Source of the DNA: Escherichia coli
GTDB lineage: Bacteria; Pseudomonadota; Gammaproteobacteria; Enterobacterales; Enterobacteriaceae
Reading direction: 5' to 3' (one strand)
Assembly (NCBI RefSeq): GCF_030013205.1
Contig: NZ_CP122648.1
DNA: 64,000 nt
Shown: piece by piece, positions 1 through 10,237 of the stretch
Position numbering within the stretch: position 1 is the first letter of the stretch
Layout: the number at the start of each line of letters is the position of its first letter
Notes under the pieces: generated by a model
What the model was told of the DNA's origin: nothing
Seen by the model: only the letters and a program-made list of their open reading frames with translations
The model's database searches: none
Position numbers and translations under genes: made by a program

Positions 1-1
1 G

Positions 2-751
2 CAACACCGCGACTGGATCAGAACGTCCGGCGATCGCTTTGTCCTCGACCCGGGCATCCCTGAAGTTCAGGACTGGATCACATCAATAGTCGCGGAAGTG
101 GTTTCCCGCTATCCGGTAGATGGCGTGCAGTTTGACGACTATTTCTATACTGAGTCACCAGGTTCACGGCTAAATGATAACGAAACGTACCGCAAATACG
201 GAGGCGCATTTGCGTCAAAAGCAGACTGGCGGCGCAACAATACTCAGCAGTTAATTGCGAAGGTATCGCACACCATTAAAAGCATTAAGCCGGAAGTCGA
301 ATTTGGCGTTAGCCCGGCAGGCGTGTGGCGTAACCGATCACACGATCCGCTCGGTTCCGATACCCGAGGCGCGGCAGCCTATGACGAATCCTACGCTGAC
401 ACCCGTCGATGGGTGGAACAAGGATTGCTGGATTACATTGCTCCCCAAATTTACTGGCCGTTCTCACGGAGTGCCGCACGTTATGACGTTTTGGCAAAAT
501 GGTGGGCGGATGTCGTTAAACCGACCAGGACCCGCCTGTATATCGGTATCGCCTTCTATAAAGTGGGTGAACCTTCAAAGATAGAGCCAGACTGGATGAT
601 TAACGGCGGCGTACCGGAACTGAAAAAGCAGCTCGATCTTAACGATGCTGTACCCGAAATTAGCGGCACCATCTTGTTCCGTGAGGACTATCTGAATAAA
701 CCGCAGACTCAACAAGCGGTCAGCTATCTGCAAAGTCGTTGGGGCAGTTAA
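2..751 (+). CDS. yddW: 3' part of glycoside-hydrolase-like lipoprotein YddW; reading frame is open from the window edge, so the gene is 5'-truncated by the window
   Basis: Frame open from position 2 to stop at 749-751; translation matches YddW C-terminus; synteny upstream of dosC. Confidence 0.8.
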   Translation, partial: QHRDWIRTSGDRFVLDPGIPEVQDWITSIVAEVVSRYPVDGVQFDDYFYTESPGSRLNDNETYRKYGGAFASKADWRRNNTQQLIAKVSHTIKSIKPEVEFGVSPAGVWRNRSHDPLGSDTRGAAAYDESYADTRRWVEQGLLDYIAPQIYWPFSRSAARYDVLAKWWADVVKPTRTRLYIGIAFYKVGEPSKIEPDWMINGGVPELKKQLDLNDAVPEISGTILFREDYLNKPQTQQAVSYLQSRWGS

Positions 752-1127
752 ATTCCCATTCTTACTTTGTAACAAGCCGGTGCTTTACCCACTGGCTTGT
801 TACCCTCGTGAAATATCCCACTAGCAATCATGCTTACATAAGTCAAATTAACCACACAATTAACCACACTTAGTTAAACAGCCATAATTCCCCTAATAAA
901 AATGTATGAATATGAAAAAACATACGATATTCGCTGTCACCGAAAAATAATTACGATGGGCTATACTCTTCTGAAGAACAGTAGCGTAGATTGAAACTGT
1001 CCTAAGTCGCTTATTTGTTTTCAGTATATCTTCATATTTCAGGAGAATATGGTGCAGTTAGTCGATCTCGCACGTTGCGTTTCGTTTTGATTCCGTCTGC
1101 TTTTCCAGCCTTATAAGGGTGTGAATT

Positions 1128-2510
1128 ATGGAGATGTATTTTAAAAGAATGAAAGATGAGTGGACCGGGCTTGTCGAACAAGCAGATCCGCTCATTCGTG
1201 CTAAAGCCGCGGAAATTGCCGTTGCGCATGCCCATTATCTGAGTATTGAGTTTTACCGAATTGTCCGTATCGACCCGCATGCCGAAGAATTCTTGAGTAA
1301 TGAACAAGTTGAGCGGCAGTTGAAAAGTGCGATGGAACGCTGGATTATTAACGTGCTTTCTGCCCAGGTTGACGATGTCGAAAGGCTAATACAAATCCAG
1401 CATACCGTTGCGGAAGTGCATGCCCGCATAGGAATCCCGGTAGAAATTGTCGAGATGGGGTTTCGGGTGCTGAAAAAAATCCTCTATCCAGTCATCTTCT
1501 CTTCGGATTATTCCGCCGCAGAAAAACTTCAGGTCTACCATTTCTCTATTAACAGTATTGATATCGCGATGGAAGTGATGACCCGCGCGTTTACCTTTAG
1601 TGACAGTAGTGCCTCAAAGGAAGATGAAAACTATCGTATCTTCTCGTTACTGGAAAACGCCGAAGAAGAAAAAGAACGGCAAATAGCCTCAATACTTTCA
1701 TGGGAAATAGATATTATCTATAAAGTCCTGCTGGATTCTGATTTAGGCAGTAGTTTGCCTTTAAGCCAGGCTGATTTTGGCCTGTGGTTTAACCATAAAG
1801 GTCGACATTATTTTAGCGGCATAGCCGAAGTGGGCCATATCTCCCGTTTGATTCAGGATTTCGACGGTATTTTCAATCAAACCATGCGTAACACCAGGAA
1901 TTTGAATAACAGAAGTCTGCGGGTGAAATTTTTATTACAGATAAGAAATACCGTATCGCAAATTATTACCTTGCTGCGTGAATTGTTTGAAGAAGTATCG
2001 CGCCACGAAGTCGGTATGGATGTACTGACGAAATTACTTAACCGCCGTTTCCTGCCGACTATCTTCAAACGCGAAATTGCCCATGCCAACCGGACCGGTA
2101 CATCGCTGTCAGTGCTGATTATTGACGTTGATAAATTCAAAGAGATCAACGATACGTGGGGCCATAACACTGGCGATGAAATTCTGCGTAAAGTCTCTCA
2201 GGCCTTTTATGACAACGTCCGCAGTAGTGATTATGTTTTCCGCTACGGGGGCGATGAATTTATCATTGTTTTGACTGAAGCTTCGGAAAACGAAACGTTA
2301 CGTACCGCAGAACGTATTCGCAGTCGGGTGGAGAAAACCAAACTGAAAGCCGCAAACGGCGAAGATATTGCCCTCTCACTTTCCATCGGTGCCGCCATGT
2401 TTAATGGTCATCCTGACTATGAGCGCCTCATTCAAATAGCCGATGAAGCTCTGTATATCGCCAAAAGACGAGGTAGAAACCGTGTTGAACTCTGGAAAGC
2501 CAGTCTTTAG
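1128..2510 (+). CDS. dosC: Globin-coupled diguanylate cyclase DosC (460 aa), GGDEF motif RYGGDEF present
   Basis: ORF 460 aa with N-terminal globin sensor and C-terminal GGDEF domain; immediately upstream of dosP. Confidence 0.92.
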   Translation: MEMYFKRMKDEWTGLVEQADPLIRAKAAEIAVAHAHYLSIEFYRIVRIDPHAEEFLSNEQVERQLKSAMERWIINVLSAQVDDVERLIQIQHTVAEVHARIGIPVEIVEMGFRVLKKILYPVIFSSDYSAAEKLQVYHFSINSIDIAMEVMTRAFTFSDSSASKEDENYRIFSLLENAEEEKERQIASILSWEIDIIYKVLLDSDLGSSLPLSQADFGLWFNHKGRHYFSGIAEVGHISRLIQDFDGIFNQTMRNTRNLNNRSLRVKFLLQIRNTVSQIITLLRELFEEVSRHEVGMDVLTKLLNRRFLPTIFKREIAHANRTGTSLSVLIIDVDKFKEINDTWGHNTGDEILRKVSQAFYDNVRSSDYVFRYGGDEFIIVLTEASENETLRTAERIRSRVEKTKLKAANGEDIALSLSIGAAMFNGHPDYERLIQIADEALYIAKRRGRNRVELWKASL

Positions 2511-2534
2511 ATGCGCCAGGATGCAGAGGTAATC

Positions 2535-4934
2535 ATGAAGCTAACCGATGCGGATAATGCCGCCGATGGCATTTTTTTCCCCGCCCTTGAGCAAAATATG
2601 ATGGGCGCGGTGTTAATTAACGAAAATGATGAAGTGATGTTTTTCAACCCCGCCGCAGAGAAGCTCTGGGGGTACAAACGTGAAGAAGTTATTGGCAATA
2701 ACATTGATATGCTGATTCCGCGGGATTTGCGTCCCGCGCATCCTGAATACATCCGTCACAACCGTGAAGGCGGTAAAGCGCGCGTCGAGGGGATGAGTCG
2801 GGAGCTGCAGCTGGAGAAAAAAGACGGCAGTAAAATCTGGACCCGTTTTGCGCTATCGAAAGTGAGCGCCGAGGGGAAAGTTTATTACCTGGCGCTGGTA
2901 CGGGATGCCAGCGTAGAAATGGCGCAAAAAGAACAGACCCGACAATTGATTATTGCCGTTGACCATCTCGACCGACCAGTGATTGTCCTCGATCCGGAAC
3001 GCCATATTGTGCAGTGCAATCGTGCATTTACCGAAATGTTTGGTTACTGCATTAGCGAAGCCAGCGGTATGCAGCCCGATACACTCCTGAACATTCCAGA
3101 ATTCCCTGCTGATAACCGCATTCGTTTACAACAGTTGCTATGGAAAACCGCCCGCGATCAGGACGAATTTCTGCTGTTGACGCGCACCGGTGAAAAAATC
3201 TGGATTAAAGCCTCTATCAGCCCGGTCTATGATGTGCTCGCGCATCTGCAGAACCTGGTAATGACTTTCTCGGATATCACCGAAGAACGGAAAATCCGCC
3301 AGCTTGAAGGCAATATTCTCGCCGCCATGTGCAGCAGCCCGCCATTTCATGAAATGGGGGAAATTATTTGTCGTAACATCGAATCTGTACTCAACGAATC
3401 GCATGTTTCGCTGTTCGCGCTGCGCAACGGGATGCCGATACACTGGGCGTCATCTTCGCACGGTGCAGAAGTTCAAAATGCGCAAAGCTGGTCAGCGACC
3501 ATTCGTCAGCGTGATGGTGCGCCTGCGGGGATCCTGCAAATTAAAACCTCGTCAGGAGCAGAAACCAGCGCCTTTATCGAACGCGTGGCAGATATCAGCC
3601 AGCATATGGCCGCGCTGGCGCTGGAACAGGAAAAAAGCCGTCAGCATATTGAACAACTCATCCAATTTGATCCGATGACCGGTCTGCCAAATCGCAATAA
3701 CCTGCACAATTACCTCGATGACCTGGTCGACAAAGCCGTCTCTCCGGTGGTCTATCTCATCGGTGTTGACCATATTCAGGATGTGATTGATAGCCTTGGC
3801 TATGCGTGGGCCGATCAGGCATTGCTGGAAGTGGTCAATCGCTTTCGTGAAAAACTCAAACCGGATCAGTATCTCTGTCGTATCGAAGGTACGCAGTTTG
3901 TCCTCGTGAGCCTCGAAAACGACGTCAGTAACATTACCCAGATCGCCGATGAGCTACGGAATGTGGTCAGCAAGCCGATAATGATTGATGATAAACCATT
4001 CCCGCTTACCTTGAGTATTGGCATCAGCTACGACGTGGGTAAAAACCGCGATTACCTGCTCTCCACTGCTCACAATGCAATGGATTATATTCGCAAAAAT
4101 GGCGGTAACGGCTGGCAGTTCTTCAGCCCGGCGATGAACGAAATGGTAAAAGAGCGTTTGGTTTTAGGCGCGGCGCTGAAAGAAGCAATTAGCAATAACC
4201 AACTGAAACTGGTTTACCAGCCACAAATCTTCGCAGAAACGGGTGAACTGTACGGCATCGAAGCCCTTGCTCGCTGGCACGATCCCCTGCATGGTCATGT
4301 GCCCCCTTCACGGTTTATTCCTCTCGCAGAAGAGATCGGTGAAATCGAAAATATTGGACGCTGGGTCATCGCGGAAGCTTGCCGTCAGTTAGCAGAATGG
4401 CGTAGCCAGAATATTCATATCCCGGCGTTATCCGTTAACTTGTCGGCGTTGCACTTTCGCAGTAATCAGCTGCCTAATCAGGTGTCTGATGCAATGCACG
4501 CCTGGGGTATTGACGGCCACCAGCTGACGGTGGAAATCACGGAAAGCATGATGATGGAACACGATACCGAAATCTTTAAGCGCATTCAGATCCTGCGCGA
4601 TATGGGCGTGGGTTTATCGGTAGATGATTTTGGCACGGGCTTTTCCGGATTATCCCGCTTAGTCAGTCTTCCGGTAACGGAAATCAAAATTGACAAAAGT
4701 TTTGTCGATCGTTGTCTGACCGAAAAACGCATCCTTGCCTTACTTGAAGCCATTACCAGCATTGGGCAAAGCCTTAATTTAACCGTCGTGGCGGAAGGCG
4801 TCGAAACCAAAGAGCAATTTGAGATGCTACGCAAGATCCACTGTCGCGTTATTCAGGGATATTTATTTTCCCGCCCCCTGCCCGCCGAAGAAATTCCAGG
4901 CTGGATGAGCAGTGTGTTACCGCTGAAAATCTGA
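2535..4934 (+). CDS. dosP: Heme-regulated c-di-GMP phosphodiesterase DosP (PAS-PAS-GGDEF-EAL), 799 aa
   Basis: ORF in frame from ATG 2535 with GAGG RBS at 2526-2529; EAL domain at C-terminus; the ORF-track start 2511 is an upstream in-frame ATG without RBS. Confidence 0.9.
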   Translation: MKLTDADNAADGIFFPALEQNMMGAVLINENDEVMFFNPAAEKLWGYKREEVIGNNIDMLIPRDLRPAHPEYIRHNREGGKARVEGMSRELQLEKKDGSKIWTRFALSKVSAEGKVYYLALVRDASVEMAQKEQTRQLIIAVDHLDRPVIVLDPERHIVQCNRAFTEMFGYCISEASGMQPDTLLNIPEFPADNRIRLQQLLWKTARDQDEFLLLTRTGEKIWIKASISPVYDVLAHLQNLVMTFSDITEERKIRQLEGNILAAMCSSPPFHEMGEIICRNIESVLNESHVSLFALRNGMPIHWASSSHGAEVQNAQSWSATIRQRDGAPAGILQIKTSSGAETSAFIERVADISQHMAALALEQEKSRQHIEQLIQFDPMTGLPNRNNLHNYLDDLVDKAVSPVVYLIGVDHIQDVIDSLGYAWADQALLEVVNRFREKLKPDQYLCRIEGTQFVLVSLENDVSNITQIADELRNVVSKPIMIDDKPFPLTLSIGISYDVGKNRDYLLSTAHNAMDYIRKNGGNGWQFFSPAMNEMVKERLVLGAALKEAISNNQLKLVYQPQIFAETGELYGIEALARWHDPLHGHVPPSRFIPLAEEIGEIENIGRWVIAEACRQLAEWRSQNIHIPALSVNLSALHFRSNQLPNQVSDAMHAWGIDGHQLTVEITESMMMEHDTEIFKRIQILRDMGVGLSVDDFGTGFSGLSRLVSLPVTEIKIDKSFVDRCLTEKRILALLEAITSIGQSLNLTVVAEGVETKEQFEMLRKIHCRVIQGYLFSRPLPAEEIPGWMSSVLPLKI

Positions 4935-4946
4935 CAAATTCCTCTC

Positions 4947-4970
4947 GCCCGCACTCGCGGGTTTTCATTT
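4947..4970 (+). terminator. Putative intrinsic terminator after dosP (short GC stem cccgc/gcggg followed by TTTTCATTT)
   Basis: Inverted repeat plus T-run seen 13 nt after dosP stop. Confidence 0.45.
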
Positions 4971-5131
4971 AACGTGACACTGTCACTTAAATACTGTGAT
5001 TTCAGCTACGATTCCGGGAGATTCCTTCCTTAACTTCCCCTCTTGCACCAAAACTGCACTACGCTGCACAAATGTTGATCAAAAGTTAAAAAATATAACT
5101 TTAAGCCAGCATTCTGGCGCTTATCCCGGCA

Positions 5132-5147
5132 TGGCATGAGATCTGCA
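5132..5147 (+). promoter_or_regulatory. Candidate sigma-54 (-24/-12) promoter TGGCAT-N5-CTGCA upstream of ddpX
   Basis: Sequence tggcatgagatctgca matches TGGCAC-N5-TTGCA consensus with 2 mismatches, about 45 nt upstream of ddpX ATG. Confidence 0.5.
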
Positions 5148-5191
5148 TAAGCGGAAAGCGCAGCAATTTTTGTCTTATACAGGAACTGTTT

Positions 5192-5773
5192 ATGTCGGAT
5201 ACCACCGAACTGGTTGATTTAGCCGTGATCTTCCCTGATCTGGAGATCGAACTGAAATACGCCTGCGCTGATAACATCACAGGTAAAGCTATTTATCAGC
5301 AAGCGCGTTGTCTGTTACACAAGGATGCGATTACCGCGCTGGCGAAAAGTATCAGTATCGCCCAGCTGTCAGGCTTACAACTGGTGATTTACGATGCGTA
5401 TCGCCCACAACAAGCACAGGCGATGTTGTGGCAAGCCTGCCCAGACCCGCAATATGTTGTTGATGTGGCGGTCGGTTCTAATCACAGCCGTGGCACGGCG
5501 ATCGACCTGACGCTTCGTGATGAGCACGGGAACATCCTGGATATGGGTGCAGAGTTCGATGAAATGCACGAACGTTCCCATGCTTATCACCCTTCCGTCC
5601 CGCCCGCCGCTCAGCGCAATCGGCTGTTGCTGAATGCGATTATGACTGGCGGTGGCTTTGTCGGTATCCCGAGCGAATGGTGGCACTTCGAATTACCCCA
5701 GGCAGCGAGTTACCCACTACTCGCTGATCAATTCACCTGTTTTATATCCCCTGGCACACAGCACGCCAGTTAA
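5192..5773 (+). CDS. ddpX: D-alanyl-D-alanine dipeptidase DdpX (VanX homolog), 193 aa
   Basis: ORF translation; zinc dipeptidase motifs; first gene of ddp operon. Confidence 0.92.
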   Translation: MSDTTELVDLAVIFPDLEIELKYACADNITGKAIYQQARCLLHKDAITALAKSISIAQLSGLQLVIYDAYRPQQAQAMLWQACPDPQYVVDVAVGSNHSRGTAIDLTLRDEHGNILDMGAEFDEMHERSHAYHPSVPPAAQRNRLLLNAIMTGGGFVGIPSEWWHFELPQAASYPLLADQFTCFISPGTQHAS

Positions 5774-5786
5774 TCAGGAAACTGTC

Positions 5787-7337
5787 ATGAAGAGATCGAT
5801 ATCGTTTCGTCCTACATTGCTCGCGATCGTCCTTGCCACAACAATGCCGGTTGCGCACGCCGCCGTACCGAAAGATATGCTGGTGATCGGTAAAGCTGCC
5901 GACCCACAAACCCTCGACCCGGCGGTAACAATTGATAATAACGACTGGACAGTGACCTACCCGTCTTATCAGCGACTGGTTCAGTACAAAACGGACGGTG
6001 ATAAAGGCTCAACCGACGTTGAAGGCGATCTGGCTAGTAGCTGGAAAGCGTCTGACGATCAAAAAGAGTGGACGTTCACCCTGAAGGACAATGCTAAATT
6101 TGCCGATGGCACACCTGTCACTGCCGAAGCAGTAAAACTCTCTTTTGAGCGGTTACTAAAAATCGGCCAGGGGCCAGCAGAAGCATTTCCCAAAGATTTA
6201 AAGATTGATGCTCCCGACGAACATACAGTGAGGTTTACCCTTAGCCAGCCATTCGCACCGTTCCTCTACACGCTGGCGAATGACGGTGCATCCATTATCA
6301 ATCCGGCGGTCTTAAAGGAGCATGCGGCGGATGATGCCCGTGGTTTCCTCGCGCAAAATACCGCTGGCTCCGGACCGTTTATGCTGAAAAGCTGGCAAAA
6401 AGGTCAGCAATTAGTTCTGGTGCCAAATCCGCATTACCCCGGCAATAAACCGAATTTCAAACGGGTATCGGTAAAAATTATCGGTGAAAGTGCTTCCCGT
6501 CGCCTGCAGCTCTCCCGTGGCGACATTGACATTGCCGATGCGCTGCCGGTGGATCAACTCAACGCACTGAAGCAGGAAAACAAAGTCAATGTGGCAGAGT
6601 ATCCGTCACTGCGCGTCACCTATCTGTATCTGAATAACAGCAAAGCGCCACTTAATCAGGCGGATCTGCGTCGGGCCATTTCCTGGTCTACCGATTATCA
6701 GGGTATGGTTAACGGCATTCTGAGTGGTAACGGAAAACAAATGCGCGGCCCGATTCCGGAAGGCATGTGGGGATACGATGCGACGGCAATGCAATACAAC
6801 CATGACGAAACGAAAGCCAAAGCCGAATGGGATAAAGTGACGAGCAAACCCACCAGCCTGACGTTTCTCTATTCTGATAATGATCCGAACTGGGAGCCCA
6901 TTGCTCTGGCGACACAATCCAGTCTCAACAAGCTGGGCATCAATGTGAAGCTGGAAAAACTGGCGAACGCCACCATGCGCGACAGAGTGGGTAAAGGTGA
7001 TTACGACATCGCGATTGGCAACTGGAGTCCGGATTTTGCCGACCCGTATATGTTTATGAATTACTGGTTTGAGTCAGACAAAAAAGGTCTGCCGGGTAAC
7101 CGCTCGTTCTATGAAAACAGTGAGGTCGATAAGTTACTGCGCAATGCGCTAGCGACCACCGACCAGACGCAGCGTACCCGGGACTACCAGCAGGCACAGA
7201 AAATCGTCATTGATGACGCTGCTTATGTGTACCTGTTCCAGAAAAACTACCAACTGGCGATGAACAAAGAGGTGAAAGGCTTTGTGTTCAATCCCATGCT
7301 GGAACAGGTCTTCAATATCAATACCATGAGTAAATAA
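5787..7337 (+). CDS. ddpA: Periplasmic D,D-dipeptide-binding protein DdpA (516 aa) with signal peptide
   Basis: Internal ATG at 5787 gives MKRSISFRPTLLAIVLATTMPVAHA signal peptide; the ORF-track start 5652 overlaps ddpX and is rejected. Confidence 0.9.
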   Translation: MKRSISFRPTLLAIVLATTMPVAHAAVPKDMLVIGKAADPQTLDPAVTIDNNDWTVTYPSYQRLVQYKTDGDKGSTDVEGDLASSWKASDDQKEWTFTLKDNAKFADGTPVTAEAVKLSFERLLKIGQGPAEAFPKDLKIDAPDEHTVRFTLSQPFAPFLYTLANDGASIINPAVLKEHAADDARGFLAQNTAGSGPFMLKSWQKGQQLVLVPNPHYPGNKPNFKRVSVKIIGESASRRLQLSRGDIDIADALPVDQLNALKQENKVNVAEYPSLRVTYLYLNNSKAPLNQADLRRAISWSTDYQGMVNGILSGNGKQMRGPIPEGMWGYDATAMQYNHDETKAKAEWDKVTSKPTSLTFLYSDNDPNWEPIALATQSSLNKLGINVKLEKLANATMRDRVGKGDYDIAIGNWSPDFADPYMFMNYWFESDKKGLPGNRSFYENSEVDKLLRNALATTDQTQRTRDYQQAQKIVIDDAAYVYLFQKNYQLAMNKEVKGFVFNPMLEQVFNINTMSK

Positions 7338-7338
7338 C

Positions 7339-8361
7339 GTGACCTTCTGGAGTATTTTACGCCAACGCTGCTGGGGGCTGGTGCTCGTGGTGGCGGGCGT
7401 CTGTGTGATTACGTTTATTATCTCGCACCTGATCCCCGGCGATCCGGCGCGGTTACTGGCGGGTGACCGCGCCAGCGATGCTATCGTGGATAATATTCGC
7501 CAGCAACTGGGACTGGACCAGCCACTGTACGTACAGTTTTACCGCTACGTCAGCGACCTGTTTCAGGGTGACCTGGGAACATCCATTCGTACCGGGCGTC
7601 CGGTGCTGGAAGAGTTGCGCATATTTTTCCCGGCGACGCTGGAACTGGCTTTTTGTGCCCTGCTGCTGGCACTCCTGATTGGCATCCCGCTGGGCATACT
7701 CTCTGCAGTCTGGCGAAATCGCTGGCTGGATCATCTGGTGCGAATAATGGCCATTACCGGAATCTCCACACCTGCGTTCTGGCTTGGGCTGGGCGTCATT
7801 GTGCTGTTTTATGGTCATCTGCAAATTCTTCCCGGCGGCGGAAGGCTTGATGACTGGCTGGATCCACCAACGCACGTTACCGGCTTTTATCTGCTCGATG
7901 CGCTGCTTGAAGGTAACGGTGAAGTCTTCTTCAATGCGCTGCAACATCTCATCTTACCGGCATTAACGCTGGCGTTCGTTCACCTGGGGATTGTCGCTCG
8001 CCAGATCCGCTCAGCTATGCTGGAACAATTGAGTGAAGACTACATTCGTACCGCCCGGGCCAGCGGCTTGCCCGGCTGGTATATCGTTTTATGTTATGCG
8101 CTACCCAATGCGTTGATCCCCTCGATTACCGTATTGGGACTGGCGTTGGGCGATTTGTTGTATGGCGCAGTGCTCACCGAAACCGTTTTTGCCTGGCCCG
8201 GAATGGGTGCATGGGTAGTAACATCAATACAGGCGCTCGACTTCCCGGCAGTGATGGGCTTTGCCGTCGTGGTTTCATTTGCTTATGTGCTGGTGAACCT
8301 GGTGGTGGATTTGCTCTATTTGTGGATTGATCCGCGTATCGGACGTGGAGGTGGTGAATGA
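7339..8361 (+). CDS. ddpB: ABC transporter permease DdpB (340 aa), GTG start
   Basis: ORF translation, polytopic membrane protein of OppB/DppB type. Confidence 0.88.
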   Translation: MTFWSILRQRCWGLVLVVAGVCVITFIISHLIPGDPARLLAGDRASDAIVDNIRQQLGLDQPLYVQFYRYVSDLFQGDLGTSIRTGRPVLEELRIFFPATLELAFCALLLALLIGIPLGILSAVWRNRWLDHLVRIMAITGISTPAFWLGLGVIVLFYGHLQILPGGGRLDDWLDPPTHVTGFYLLDALLEGNGEVFFNALQHLILPALTLAFVHLGIVARQIRSAMLEQLSEDYIRTARASGLPGWYIVLCYALPNALIPSITVLGLALGDLLYGAVLTETVFAWPGMGAWVVTSIQALDFPAVMGFAVVVSFAYVLVNLVVDLLYLWIDPRIGRGGGE

Positions 8362-9254
8362 TGCTAAGCGAGGAAACGTCCGCCGTACGCCCACCAAAAC
8401 AAACGCGATTTAACGGTGCAAAACTGGTATGGATGCTGAAAGGCAGCCCGCTTACCGTGACCGGCGCAGTCATCATTGTATTAATGCTACTGATGATGAT
8501 TTTTTCACCGTGGCTGGCGACGCATGATCCCAACGCCATTGATTTAACCGCCCGCCTTTTGCCGCCTTCTGCGGCGCACTGGTTTGGCACCGATGAAGTG
8601 GGACGCGATCTGTTTAGCCGCGTACTGGTCGGCAGTCAGCAATCAATTCTCGCCGGATTAGTGGTAGTCGCCATTGCAGGTATGATGGGGTCGCTACTCG
8701 GGTGTCTATCCGGTGTGCTTGGCGGACGCGCAGACGCGATTATCATGCGCATCATGGACATTATGCTGTCGATTCCTTCGCTGGTGCTGACAATGGCACT
8801 GGCAGCCGCTCTCGGGCCGAGTTTGTTTAACGCCATGCTGGCGATTGCTATTGTGCGAATTCCCTTTTATGTGCGCCTGGCGCGGGGGCAAACATTAGTT
8901 GTTCGCCAGTATACCTATGTTCAGGCGGCGAAAACCTTTGGTGCGTCACGCTGGCATCTGATCAACTGGCATATTTTACGTAACTCCCTGCCGCCGCTGA
9001 TTGTGCAGGCATCGCTGGATATCGGTAGCGCGATTTTAATGGCCGCCACGTTGGGATTTATTGGCCTGGGTGCTCAACAACCGAGTGCTGAATGGGGGGC
9101 GATGGTGGCGAATGGTCGCAACTATGTACTCGATCAGTGGTGGTATTGCGCATTTCCGGGGGCAGCGATTTTGCTTACCGCCGTCGGGTTTAATCTCTTT
9201 GGTGATGGTATTCGCGATCTGCTTGACCCGAAAGCAGGAGGAAAGCAGTCATGA
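8358..9254 (+). CDS. ddpC: ABC transporter permease DdpC (298 aa); start overlaps ddpB stop (ATGA)
   Basis: ORF translation, DppC-type permease. Confidence 0.88.
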   Translation: MMLSEETSAVRPPKQTRFNGAKLVWMLKGSPLTVTGAVIIVLMLLMMIFSPWLATHDPNAIDLTARLLPPSAAHWFGTDEVGRDLFSRVLVGSQQSILAGLVVVAIAGMMGSLLGCLSGVLGGRADAIIMRIMDIMLSIPSLVLTMALAAALGPSLFNAMLAIAIVRIPFYVRLARGQTLVVRQYTYVQAAKTFGASRWHLINWHILRNSLPPLIVQASLDIGSAILMAATLGFIGLGAQQPSAEWGAMVANGRNYVLDQWWYCAFPGAAILLTAVGFNLFGDGIRDLLDPKAGGKQS

Positions 9255-10237
9255 CCCAACCCGTTCTGGACATTCAACAACTGCATTTGAGTTTCCCCGG
9301 TTTTAACGGTGATGTTCACGCGCTCAACAATGTGTCATTGAAAATCAACCGCGGTGAAATTGTCGGTCTGGTGGGAGAATCCGGCTCGGGTAAATCAGTC
9401 ACTGCAATGTTGATTATGCGTCTGCTACCGACGGGCAGTTATTGCGTACATCGGGGACATATTTCACTGCTGGGAGAAGATGCTCTTAACGCTCGGGAAA
9501 AACAGCTTCGTCAGTGGCGCGGCGCACGAGTGGCGATGATCTTTCAGGAACCGATGACCGCCCTTAATCCGACACGTCGAATAGGTCTTCAGATGATGGA
9601 CGTGATCCGCCATCATCAACCAATAAGTCGTCGGGAAGCCAGAGCTAAAGCGATTGCCCTGCTGGAAGAGATGCAAATCCCGGATGCCGTGGAAGTTATG
9701 TCGCGCTATCCGTTTGAGCTTTCAGGTGGTATGCGCCAGCGGGTAATGATTGCGCTGGCATTCTCCTGCGAGCCGCAGTTGATTATTGCCGACGAACCGA
9801 CTACGGCGCTGGACGTCACGGTACAGTTGCAGGTACTGCGTCTGCTTAAACATAAAGCCCGCGCCAGTGGAACTGCGGTACTGTTCATCAGCCATGATAT
9901 GGCCGTGGTGTCGCAACTGTGCGATAGCGTTTACGTGATGTATGCCGGAAGCGTGATTGAAAGCGGCGTGACGGCAGACGTTATCCATCATCCCCGGCAT
10001 CCGTATACCATTGGTTTGCTGCAATGCGCACCGGAACATGGAATACCGCGCCAGCCATTACCCGCCATTCCAGGGACGGTACCAAACCTCACCCATTTGC
10101 CTGACGGCTGCGCTTTTCGCGATCGTTGCTATGCGGCAGGTGCACAGTGTGAAAACGTCCCGGCGCTGACAGCGTGTGGTGACAACAACCACCGCTGCGC
10201 CTGTTGGTATCCTCAGCAGGAGGTCATTAGTGTCTGA
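9251..10237 (+). CDS. ddpD: ABC transporter ATP-binding protein DdpD (328 aa)
   Basis: Walker A GESGSGKS, ABC signature LSGGMRQR. Confidence 0.9.
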   Translation: MTQPVLDIQQLHLSFPGFNGDVHALNNVSLKINRGEIVGLVGESGSGKSVTAMLIMRLLPTGSYCVHRGHISLLGEDALNAREKQLRQWRGARVAMIFQEPMTALNPTRRIGLQMMDVIRHHQPISRREARAKAIALLEEMQIPDAVEVMSRYPFELSGGMRQRVMIALAFSCEPQLIIADEPTTALDVTVQLQVLRLLKHKARASGTAVLFISHDMAVVSQLCDSVYVMYAGSVIESGVTADVIHHPRHPYTIGLLQCAPEHGIPRQPLPAIPGTVPNLTHLPDGCAFRDRCYAAGAQCENVPALTACGDNNHRCACWYPQQEVISV

